A stretch of DNA of 64,000 bases, taken from positions 169,522-233,521 of the forward strand of contig CAYSAW010000003.1 of NCBI GenBank assembly GCA_964429225.1. The letters are read 5' to 3'. The position numbers and the translations under genes were made by a program. The notes beneath the pieces were generated by a model, which saw only the letters and a program-made list of their open reading frames with translations, searched no databases and was not told the DNA's origin. This document shows positions 28,770 to 37,378 of this stretch, piece after piece. Within the stretch, counting starts at the first letter, position 1. Each line of letters starts with the position of its first letter. This DNA is from an uncultured bacterium (GTDB lineage: Bacteria > Armatimonadota > DTGP01 > CAYSAW01).

Positions 28770-28954
28770 CCAAATTGGAGGCTTAACAACCTAATATATT
28801 ATGGAAGGGTTTCTTTTCCCTCGTCTCCCAATGGCACCCTAAAGGGCACAACTATCCCAACGCTCCTCCCCTGGTGGGTCAGGGCTAAGATGAAAGGATG
28901 AGGTCCGGACTCTAAAGAGTAAGACTACCAAACCTGGTCAGAAGGATTGGTTTG

Positions 28955-28982
28955 GGTAGCCGTAGACTTTAGCCTGCGTAAG
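28955..28982 (+). repeat. dispersed repeat copy b (GGGTAGCCGTAGACTTTAGCCTGCGTAAGG)
   Basis: Same family. 80 nt upstream of the sigma r4-like gene. Confidence 0.7.
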
Positions 28983-29063
28983 GCGCATCCTTCAGGCTAA
29001 CGATACCTCTTTGCCCTCGATAAGGGAAGAAACCTGCTCCAAACCTTAGAAAGGGGTTCCCCT

Positions 29064-29465
29064 ATGTCCGAATCTTTTGATCCTTCCTCTCCCTCCCCTC
29101 CTCGCAAACGCTCACCGCGTCCTCTTTCCTTAGAAGTTTTGCCCTCCCCTCCCCCAGGATTCCCTCGATCCCTCACTCAAGCCCTGGTTGAGGAACAACT
29201 CCAGGACCTTATCACTACCCTCCCCCTTACGGAGAGGCAGAAGGAGATTGCTATCCTTAAAGTGGTTTGCAAATATCCTCTTCGAGATATTGCCCGCATC
29301 ATCGGGATACGACGGCAAAACGTCGAAAAACAGTGGGTCAAGATTAAGAAGAAATTCAGCAAAGGGCTAAGAGCATTAGAAGAGGAAATTCCTCCAGGGG
29401 CTTGTCCTTACTACGGATGGCAAGAGGTGTTTCTTCAAACGCTGAAACGAAGAGGTAAAAGATAG
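29064..29465 (+). CDS. stand-alone sigma-70 region-4-like HTH protein with a Pro/Ser-rich N-terminus
   Basis: LTERQKEIAILKVVCKYPLRDIARIIGIRRQNVEKQWVKIKKKF resembles ECF-sigma region 4 (L..ERQR.V..L......s..EIA..lgi....V......A). Confidence 0.5.
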   Translation: MSESFDPSSPSPPRKRSPRPLSLEVLPSPPPGFPRSLTQALVEEQLQDLITTLPLTERQKEIAILKVVCKYPLRDIARIIGIRRQNVEKQWVKIKKKFSKGLRALEEEIPPGACPYYGWQEVFLQTLKRRGKR

Positions 29466-29504
29466 CCAAGAATTTCCACAATTTCCCCTGCCCCAGTTTT
29501 AGTA

Positions 29505-29532
29505 GTAGTCGCAGGCTTTAGCCTGTGTAGAG
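29505..29532 (+). repeat. dispersed repeat copy c (GTAGTCGCAGGCTTTAGCCTGTGTAGAG)
   Basis: Same family. Immediately downstream of the sigma r4-like gene and 340 nt upstream of the nuclease-helicase operon. Confidence 0.7.
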
Positions 29533-29871
29533 TCTGAGTCAAAAGGCTGGTACAAGGCCTGTCCCTACCACCTGCGGGGCCTCCACGCTGGGGATCCAGG
29601 GTGGGCGACATACCCTAAAGGATTCGGCTACTTTGAGCAGAGAATTTCCCCGGAGAGGATAAAAGAGAAGAGAGTGGAGAAATAAGATGGGGTTAAATCA
29701 AGGGGGAGACCCGAACAATGAACAATGCCCCCTCCCCTTTAGTAGGGGCACCCCGCAGGGCGCCCCTACCCTGGTCCTCCCCCACAAGGGAGGAGGGAAA
29801 GGGAGGTAACCCCCCTATCCCCCGTCAACGGAGGATAGGAACATCGGAAAAACAATGAGAAGGATCAAGGG

Positions 29872-30807
29872 ATGAAAGAGCGTATAGCGTTGCTTCGTGA
29901 GAAGATTCAAACTCAAAGATTCCTCGGGCAAGACCCCTCTATCGAAATCTCCCCTGGGGAAGAACTAGAAGATCTTTTGGCCAAGTTTCAAACCGCTCTT
30001 GACTTAAACACCCCCTTAGTATGGGGTGATCACCAATACTACCCCGGAGAAAGCCTGGCAGAAACCTTCTTCTATAGCGGTGTCTCAGCCCTCAATTTGT
30101 GGAATTTTGGTCAAGCGAACGACCGTTTCGAACGCGCTGGAAGGCTCACCCATAACCCTCTTTTGGCCCAACGGATAACGCTCTTCCAATCCCTTTTAAC
30201 CCTTGTTCAGGCCCTCTTTGATACAGGCCCCTATAACACACAGGCAAAGCGTAGAACAGGGCTATCTATTGATAGAAAAATCCTCAACCAGGCCCAGCAA
30301 GTCCTTCAAGGCCTTGACCAAATCCCTCCTCAGGAAAAACAACACTACCAGCAGGAAATCCAGCGGTTAGAAGGCTTATCTCAAAAGCTTGCGCAAGAAG
30401 ATCTTCCCATAAGTATTCTTTGGCATTTTGTCCGGGCTAGAAGAAGCGCTATGGAAAACGAATACCTTACCGCTCTTCTTTGGCTTGTCGCTTTGGATAG
30501 CTATCTCACCTACCACTCTGTTTATGTGGAGAAGACGGAATATCTAACCCATCTTCTGTCCGAAACTCGACAATCGTTAAAACAGTTCCTCGGTCTCTCT
30601 CTCGAAGAGGAACAAACCATAGCCTTGCCCTGTGCCCTAGGATCACTCACCACGCCTTCCCGATTCTGGGACCTCTACGATGCTTTTATACCCGCCCTCG
30701 ATCCATTAGGGGTAGACGTTCAACACGATATCGCCCAATTCCGTATCCAACCCTTTATCCCTCCTCCTAACACCCGGACGGAAGAAGACGATGAGCAAGC
30801 ATCCTGA
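29872..30807 (+). CDS. hypothetical protein (311 aa), predicted mostly alpha-helical, no known domain
   Basis: Its 3' end overlaps the start of the nuclease-helicase gene by 17 nt, indicating translational coupling. Confidence 0.55.
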   Translation: MKERIALLREKIQTQRFLGQDPSIEISPGEELEDLLAKFQTALDLNTPLVWGDHQYYPGESLAETFFYSGVSALNLWNFGQANDRFERAGRLTHNPLLAQRITLFQSLLTLVQALFDTGPYNTQAKRRTGLSIDRKILNQAQQVLQGLDQIPPQEKQHYQQEIQRLEGLSQKLAQEDLPISILWHFVRARRSAMENEYLTALLWLVALDSYLTYHSVYVEKTEYLTHLLSETRQSLKQFLGLSLEEEQTIALPCALGSLTTPSRFWDLYDAFIPALDPLGVDVQHDIAQFRIQPFIPPPNTRTEEDDEQAS

Positions 30808-33800
30808 TTGGTTTCGCCTGGGGCAAAACCCTAACATCCCTCTCTATGTGGATTTTCCTGTAATCGCTCGTCATCTTCGGGATCGTTCCCGCGAATCCCA
30901 AATAGTGGTTGACCTTTTCACGGAGGAGGGGGAACGGTATAGCCGGGCCTATATTTTCCCTCAGGAGTGGTATCCAGGGGCCAAGCATTGCCCCCGTTAC
31001 TCCCATTACTTCCATTGTCTGAGAGCGGTCTTTGAGGGTCTGAGATCCTTAGGCGAAGAAGAGAAGATCCGGCTCCAAATTCTTAAGGCCATCTACCTCC
31101 CTCCAACCGCTGAAAGGCGGGGGCTTATTGTGCTTCTTAAATTCATCTTGGCTCCGGAATACGCCATTGAAGGTGCAAGTTTGGAGACCACCTATCAATG
31201 CCCTCTGCGAACCTATCTGGAGGGGTTTATCGGCCTCTCCCGCTCCGTGTTGAAAACTTCGGAGAGCGTGGATTGGACTGCCGGGAAAGCCATCCATCAG
31301 GGGTATCAAAAGGTCACCGAGGGTTATTTATCCTCCTTGTCTGGCTCCTCCAGCCTAAACCTCGAGGGAGTCTATTACAACACTGTCCGGAGGTCTTGGC
31401 GAGAAGATTTTGTACCCCTCCTCCGAAAGCTCCCTCAAAAAGGGCAACCTCTCGCCCACCACAAACTACCTCTTCAAGCTTGCGAGAGTGTTCTTGATAG
31501 AAGTCAAGAAAAGATCGAGTCCCTAGTAAAGTCTTCCCCTCAGTCCTCTTCCCAAGATGTCCCTTCCTTTCATCTCTATTGTGAACGTTTCCTCTATGCC
31601 CCTAACCGAGGTCTCTCGGGGAAGATGGACCAAATGATTCTAGCTCCGGAAGGAGCCTATCTCACCGAGATTAAAACCCGGATCAGCCGTGGCGGGTTAG
31701 AAGTAAAAGACCCTCGAACGGGGCGGGAAGTTCCAGGAGGTCTACAAGCACTGATTTATCAAGAAATCCTCCGGCAAACATCCCACATTCAGCAAACCTC
31801 TATCGAAATCTTTTATAAAGAGGGTTCCGAGGTTACTTGCGAGGAAATTCCGCTAGAACAACACCCCCTATTAAGTTGCTGTAAGAGGCCCTCCCCCGAT
31901 GATTCTCCCTACGATTGGGACCGGTACCTCGATCTCATTGCCCAGAACCGGAACGTCGGTTTTGTTGCTGAAAGTGGGCTACTCACTGGCTATGACCGAG
32001 AACGGATTGCGGAGGTGATGGAAGCTAACCGTTTTCTCCAACCATTAAATCTCAACTACGATTACGTAGCTCGCTTGGCCCCTTGTTCCCTTTGTCCTGC
32101 CCAGCAGAGGGGTATTTGCCCTCACGCTTACCAATATCGCGATACCCCTCTCTGGCCTCACTTCTTTCGCCATATCCCTGAATCCCTCTATCAATACTGG
32201 GCCTACTTCCATCATCTCCTTACTCAAGAGATCCGGCATCTCCGAGAAAGCCTTTATCGCCTCCTTACCACTGATCTTGCCCAACTAGAGGCTGAAGGGA
32301 CGAGCCTCGGAGGTCTTCGGTTGGTTTCAGCCGAAGAAAACCGGATTATTCTTCAACGGGATAGACCTCTAGAAACTAGACTGCGAGAAGGAGATCGAGT
32401 CCTTCTATCTCCGGAATGTAGTTCTCCCCATCGCCTTACCCAAATCATCAGAGGGAAGGCTCCCGCAACCCTTTCCTCCTCGCAAGAGGGAGAAACTCCC
32501 TCAGAAATGATGCCCCTTTTCCTCTCTATTGAGGGGGAAATCGAGGCCCTAGAGACTTATAAGATAATCCTTAATGTGAAGGATATCAGCCTACCTCCTG
32601 TAAAAACCTATAGGGTAGACCAATTCTTCCATCTTTCTCTAGCCCGATGGCAGATCCAAGGTTTAACCGACTTTCTCGTGAGTTCGATGATGGCGGTATC
32701 TTCCCGGGGGCGAAGGGTTTCTGAGGTCGAGCTCCCTCCTCTGACTCAACTCCTTTTAGGGATAGAAGACCCCTCCCCTTTAACAAAGGGGTATCCCTCC
32801 TCAAGCGAAGAGAATCCTGACCTTTCTGCTGATGAAAAGATCTCCCGCTTTATCCCCCCCTTTGCCGAGTTGAATCCTGAGCAATTAGCAATCCTTCGGA
32901 AGGTTCTCGCTTTGCCCAAAGGCGACTTTCTCCTTATCCAAGGCCCTCCAGGCACAGGCAAAACTCACCTTGTGGCTTGTATGATCGAAGCCCTGGTACG
33001 CCAACAGAAAACCCTTCCTACTTCAGAGGAGGTTCCTGTTTTAGTTCTCACCAACACTCACCGGGCAGCCAACGAAGTGGTGAAAAAACTTCATCATCTT
33101 TGGCAGAAAGGAAACCCCTCAACTGAGGAAATCCGTCCCGACTTGATCCGGATTGGCCCACCTCGGCCAGGATGGGAGCCCGAAGTCCGACAATATACTT
33201 TAATCGAGCGTTTAAAAGTCGCTCATCGGCTACCCTCTCCTCCCTATGGGGAAAAAGAGTGGAGGGATTTTATTACTCTTTTGTATGAAGGGGATACTCT
33301 TTTAAAGCAAGCAAAAATCTTTGTTGGTACCTTGGGAAGCGCGCAAGCAGAGGAATTAAGGGGACGGTTTTTCGCCTATACTATCGTAGATGAAGCGGGT
33401 CAAGCCACGGAACCTGCAACTCTTCAGGCTCTTCGCCATCTCCCTCCAGGTTATGCTGGCCGACTCATCCTAGTAGGAGACCATCAGCAACTACCCCCTG
33501 TTGTTGAAGGACAGCATCCGACTTTTTCCAAACCGCCTCTGACCTCTCCTCTCAAAAGAGCTGGTTTCCGAGAAGAGGATACTCTGCAAACCTCCCTTTT
33601 TGAGCGATTGGCCCGCTTATACCCTCATCGCCTCTTCCTATTAGAGAAACAATACCGGATGAACGAACCTATCTGTACCCTAGTAAGCAAAACCTTCTAC
33701 GAGGGAAAGCTTCAACCGGGACACCCCGAGATTGCTTTGGCTCATCTGGAGAAATGGCTCCCAGAGGGAGGAGAGACCCTCCTTGGGGAGGAAGATTGGG

Positions 33801-34360
33801 GAGAAATTTGGAGCCCCCGCTACGCGATTGTCTTCCTCTGCACTGATGAAGACCCCCGGGCTAAGGATCAGGGGGAGGCAGAAAGCCGATGTAACCACCG
33901 AGAAGCCCAGCTGATCGCCCAAATGTTGGGTACCCTCCTCCAGAAACTACCAGTAGACCGGCGGCCCCAAGTGGAAGAAGGTATTGGAGTTCTTTCCGCT
34001 TACCGTAAGCAAAACAACCTGATCCGCCAGTATCTAGAAGAAGTAGGGATAGGTCAGAATATTCGGGTAGATACCGTAGATCGCTTCCAAGGAGGCCAAA
34101 AACCGGTAATATGCATTAGCTTAGTCAACCACAACCCCGAAGGTAGTATCGGCCTCCTACACTCTGACCCACGGCGTTTCAATGTAGCCCTCTCCCGAGC
34201 CCAGTATAAACTCATTTTAGTAGGAAGCCGACAAACCTTCACTCGCTTAAGGGGAGACACAGAAGATTCGGCAAAAGAGAAATATCTTCAACTCTTTCAA
34301 TTAATCGAGCAGATGGCTGAAACCGGTAAAGCTCTGATCCTCTCTACAAAAGACCTTTGA
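30791..34360 (+). CDS. Dna2-like nuclease-helicase: unknown N-terminal domain, RecB/Cas4-family PD-(D/E)xK nuclease with a Cys cluster, and C-terminal SF1B (Upf1/Dna2-like) helicase
   Basis: Nuclease motifs GKMD(280)QMIL, YLTE(293)IK(295)T and Q(319)ALIY(323) give the D...ExK...QxxxY pattern. The Cys cluster is C264...C432-x2-C435-x7-C443. Helicase motifs are Walker A GPPGTGKT (aa 717-724), DEAGQ, LILVGDHQQLPPV, VDRFQGGQK and RRFNVALSRAQ. Confidence 0.85.
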   Translation: MSKHPDWFRLGQNPNIPLYVDFPVIARHLRDRSRESQIVVDLFTEEGERYSRAYIFPQEWYPGAKHCPRYSHYFHCLRAVFEGLRSLGEEEKIRLQILKAIYLPPTAERRGLIVLLKFILAPEYAIEGASLETTYQCPLRTYLEGFIGLSRSVLKTSESVDWTAGKAIHQGYQKVTEGYLSSLSGSSSLNLEGVYYNTVRRSWREDFVPLLRKLPQKGQPLAHHKLPLQACESVLDRSQEKIESLVKSSPQSSSQDVPSFHLYCERFLYAPNRGLSGKMDQMILAPEGAYLTEIKTRISRGGLEVKDPRTGREVPGGLQALIYQEILRQTSHIQQTSIEIFYKEGSEVTCEEIPLEQHPLLSCCKRPSPDDSPYDWDRYLDLIAQNRNVGFVAESGLLTGYDRERIAEVMEANRFLQPLNLNYDYVARLAPCSLCPAQQRGICPHAYQYRDTPLWPHFFRHIPESLYQYWAYFHHLLTQEIRHLRESLYRLLTTDLAQLEAEGTSLGGLRLVSAEENRIILQRDRPLETRLREGDRVLLSPECSSPHRLTQIIRGKAPATLSSSQEGETPSEMMPLFLSIEGEIEALETYKIILNVKDISLPPVKTYRVDQFFHLSLARWQIQGLTDFLVSSMMAVSSRGRRVSEVELPPLTQLLLGIEDPSPLTKGYPSSSEENPDLSADEKISRFIPPFAELNPEQLAILRKVLALPKGDFLLIQGPPGTGKTHLVACMIEALVRQQKTLPTSEEVPVLVLTNTHRAANEVVKKLHHLWQKGNPSTEEIRPDLIRIGPPRPGWEPEVRQYTLIERLKVAHRLPSPPYGEKEWRDFITLLYEGDTLLKQAKIFVGTLGSAQAEELRGRFFAYTIVDEAGQATEPATLQALRHLPPGYAGRLILVGDHQQLPPVVEGQHPTFSKPPLTSPLKRAGFREEDTLQTSLFERLARLYPHRLFLLEKQYRMNEPICTLVSKTFYEGKLQPGHPEIALAHLEKWLPEGGETLLGEEDWGEIWSPRYAIVFLCTDEDPRAKDQGEAESRCNHREAQLIAQMLGTLLQKLPVDRRPQVEEGIGVLSAYRKQNNLIRQYLEEVGIGQNIRVDTVDRFQGGQKPVICISLVNHNPEGSIGLLHSDPRRFNVALSRAQYKLILVGSRQTFTRLRGDTEDSAKEKYLQLFQLIEQMAETGKALILSTKDL

Positions 34361-34391
34361 GCTGACTGGGAAAGTGGGCCAATCAGCACCT

Positions 34392-35186
34392 TTAACCGGG
34401 TTTCTGGGCCACAAAATAAGTGCGATCGGTATTTTTGGTGGGAGGGGCCAAAGTCCAGGCTTGGTACTGAGCGAGGACTTTAAAGCCAGCTACTTCGAGA
34501 AACCGCTGGAGATCCTCTCGGGGGTAGTAACGCTGGTAATGAACCTCCTGAAATTCCCGGGTAATCCCATTATATCTCACAATGAAACGCATATCCACTC
34601 GGCATAATCGCCGTTCAGGGTCATAACGGCTCTTCCAGATATATTCTAGACGACGGCTTCGGGTTACCCCTCGTTGAGTGAAAAGGTCCATTCGATAAGC
34701 GTACTCATCGTTCACGTCGAAGATAAAGGCTCCTCCAGGACGGAGATGGTGATAGACTCGATGGAAAGCTCCCTGAACCTCCTCGGGGTTGAGAACATAA
34801 TTTAAGCTGTCAAAAAGGCAAACTACCAAGTCAAATTCCTCTTCCAAGGACAAATCTTGCATTTTCTGGCAGTAATAGCGAATTCCCCATCCGAGGGACC
34901 TCTGTTGGGCCTCCTGAATCATAGCGGGGGAGGCATCTACTCCCACCACTTCCCATCCCAGCCGTCTTAACAACCGGCTGAAGCGCCCCGTCCCACAAGC
35001 CAGATCAAGAACTTTATGCACTTTTATATGATAAAGTTCCAGCAGTTCCTGGAGGTAGCCCACCCAACTTTCATAGGGCACTCCAGCCATCAGATCATCA
35101 TACCAAGGGGCAATTTCACTAAAAGCGTTGGGGGAAGAAAAGGGGTCCTCCGCTTCTTTCGGCGCGTCTGAGGAGAAGTTTCCCAT
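34392..35186 (-). CDS. class I SAM-dependent methyltransferase (small-molecule / UbiE-like type)
   Basis: Motif I VLDLACGTGRFS, with post-I acidic residue VGVDAS. No DPPY or other DNA-MTase motifs. Confidence 0.75.
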   Translation of the reverse strand: MGNFSSDAPKEAEDPFSSPNAFSEIAPWYDDLMAGVPYESWVGYLQELLELYHIKVHKVLDLACGTGRFSRLLRRLGWEVVGVDASPAMIQEAQQRSLGWGIRYYCQKMQDLSLEEEFDLVVCLFDSLNYVLNPEEVQGAFHRVYHHLRPGGAFIFDVNDEYAYRMDLFTQRGVTRSRRLEYIWKSRYDPERRLCRVDMRFIVRYNGITREFQEVHYQRYYPREDLQRFLEVAGFKVLAQYQAWTLAPPTKNTDRTYFVAQKPG

Positions 35187-35204
35187 TCTTTTTCCCTTCT
35201 TTGG

Positions 35205-35924
35205 CTACTTAACTCCGGATACAAAGAACATTGTATAAGTGCCTGGTTCAAGGGCTACCTGGCTTTCTTCAAGGGTTTCGATCTCAAACCACTCACTAAG
35301 GCGTTGCTCCACATCTTCTCGGTTCCAGAAATGCAACCCTCGGCCATCCGGAAGCCGAAAATGGTTAGGGCCAATAGGATCCCCTCGGCCATATTCCCCA
35401 TCCTGAGTAGAGCGGATTGCTGCGAAAAAAAGAGCACCGGGAAGCATTGTACGATAAAACTCCTCTAGAATAAATCGAATCTCCTCGTCGGTAAAATCCT
35501 GGTTCAAGAAATCGAAGGAATAAACCGCACCAAAGAAATCGTCCGAAACAGGTACCCCATCCAAGACATCTACCCAAACAGGGTTCAACATAGTGACCAA
35601 GGGGGTATTGATGACCCGGGACTGGACAATCTTGATAGCGACTTCTGAAAAATCCAAGGCCATCGTTTCTAGGTCCAATCCAGCAAAATAGAGGCTATCC
35701 CGTCCTGTACCGCATCCAGCATCCAGCACCATCATCTGAACTCCCCTATCGCGCATCTGCCGACCGGCAAAAAGGGCAAAGGCATTCGGTTCCTTTCCCA
35801 AATAATCAGGGTTCTCCCGCCATATGTTATCCCAAGGAGTGGAAGCCCTCTGTTGAAAACCCTGGGTGAAAAATTTCTTATAAAGCTCTTCAGCCATAAG
35901 CTCTATATCCGTGGTTCTTCTCAA
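35205..35924 (-). CDS. class I SAM-dependent methyltransferase, TehB/TPMT-like
   Basis: VLDAGCGTGRDSLYFAGLDLETMALDFSEVAI resembles the TehB motif LDLGCGNGRNSLYL. TTG start with an AGAGGAG RBS. Confidence 0.7.
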   Translation of the reverse strand: MRRTTDIELMAEELYKKFFTQGFQQRASTPWDNIWRENPDYLGKEPNAFALFAGRQMRDRGVQMMVLDAGCGTGRDSLYFAGLDLETMALDFSEVAIKIVQSRVINTPLVTMLNPVWVDVLDGVPVSDDFFGAVYSFDFLNQDFTDEEIRFILEEFYRTMLPGALFFAAIRSTQDGEYGRGDPIGPNHFRLPDGRGLHFWNREDVEQRLSEWFEIETLEESQVALEPGTYTMFFVSGVK

Positions 35925-36217
35925 ACGCTCCTCTTTTATTTTCTTTGATCCCCCCCTTCTTGCCCTTTAAAGGTGATCCAATGAGGCAAAAAGACTCGTC
36001 GGGTGATCAAAAACTTTATCGAAGGGTATAGAAGAAGACCTAGTTGCCCCTCAATCCATTCTCCTTCTACAATAATAATGCTCCTCACTCTCAAAACTCA
36101 GCTCAGTGAGAAAGGACCTAAGACCCCTCGGAAGAAGCAGAATCCGAAGAAAAGGGTATCCAATGAGACGAGGGATCAACCCCCGGGGAGGATCCTTTTA
36201 AAGAGGAGGTAACGAGA

Positions 36218-36988
36218 ATGCGACAAGTCATCCTAGGAGATACAGGAATCCAGGTTTCGCGCCTTTGTATCGGCACAGGCACCAACGGTTGGGGTGGGCG
36301 TTCCAACCAAACCTCTTTAGGTTTGAAGGGGCTAGCTAACCTTCTTCGGTTCGCCTATGAACAGGGAATCAACTTCTGGGACTCCGCGGACCAATATGGC
36401 AGTCATCCTCACATCCGCGAAGCGTTGAAGACTCTAGACCGTCAATCGGTGGTGATTACGACCAAAACAGTGGCTCAAACCGCGGAGCAGATGCGCTCGG
36501 ATTTAGATCGCTTTCGCCAAGAGCTGAACACTGACTATCTTGACATCGTCCTCCTCCACTGTATGACCTCTCCTGATTGGCCAATAAAGATGAAGCCGGT
36601 GATGGAGGTCCTTAGTGAAGCCAAAGAGCAGGGAATTGTCCGAGCCACAGGCGTCTCCTGCCACGATTTTCGAGCTTTTCAGAGGGCCTCGGAGGAACCT
36701 TGGGTGGAAGTGGTTCTGGCCCGGATCAACTATTCGGGGATCCATATGGACGCCTCTCCTCAAGAGGTGATCCCTGTTTTAGAGAAGATGCATCGCTTAG
36801 GTAAAGGCCTTTATGGAATGAAGGTGATGGGTCAAGGAAGTTTGGGGAAGGATCCCCGGAAAGCTCTGAGATTCGTCTTGGGACTTCCCTGCGTGGATGC
36901 AGTAGTAGTTGGTATGGAAAGTGCTCGAGAGATCCTTGAGAATGTCCGTCTTGTCGAGGAGATTGATGGAGCTCTCGTCTCCCTCTAA
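36218..36988 (+). CDS. aldo/keto reductase family oxidoreductase
   Basis: The N-terminal LGDTGIQVSRLCIGTG and internal features fit a short AKR. Strong RBS. Confidence 0.8.
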   Translation: MRQVILGDTGIQVSRLCIGTGTNGWGGRSNQTSLGLKGLANLLRFAYEQGINFWDSADQYGSHPHIREALKTLDRQSVVITTKTVAQTAEQMRSDLDRFRQELNTDYLDIVLLHCMTSPDWPIKMKPVMEVLSEAKEQGIVRATGVSCHDFRAFQRASEEPWVEVVLARINYSGIHMDASPQEVIPVLEKMHRLGKGLYGMKVMGQGSLGKDPRKALRFVLGLPCVDAVVVGMESAREILENVRLVEEIDGALVSL

Positions 36989-37378
36989 GGATTGGGAGCG
37001 GAAAGGGATACCTAATCAGACCTAAGGAACAACTCACTCTCCTCCCGGAGGCATCCACCCACCACTGAAACCTTTAGAGGCATCTACTACCCGGACGATG
37101 AGAATTATAGGAAGCCATTATTATAGCAGAGTGAGCTCGACTGCTGGCGTTACCCCTCACGAACACAGGATACAGACCGACTTATAGTTATGCTGAGCCG
37201 CCAAAGGGTCAGGAAGCTATAGAAAACCTTTCAGGACCTTCAACAGTGTAGCTCACAACATTCCTCTAAGAGAAGAGGGAATAACTTTGCTCTTTGCAGA
37301 AACAAAACTTGAGCTCCTTTCCCAACGGCTCAATAAGCAGAAACAAGACAACTCTAAAGGAGGCTAAATACAAGCATT

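Noticed and set aside
34392-35924. The two adjacent SAM methyltransferases as a restriction-modification or DNA-methylation partner of the nuclease-helicase
   Set aside because: Both have small-molecule class-I MTase motifs (TehB/UbiE-like) and no DPPY or (S/N)PPY DNA-MTase signature. They are on the opposite strand.
36003-36212. 69-aa ORF in the divergent promoter region between the MTase and the AKR gene
   Set aside because: No RBS, a low-complexity basic sequence, and it overlaps the likely promoter region. It is probably spurious.
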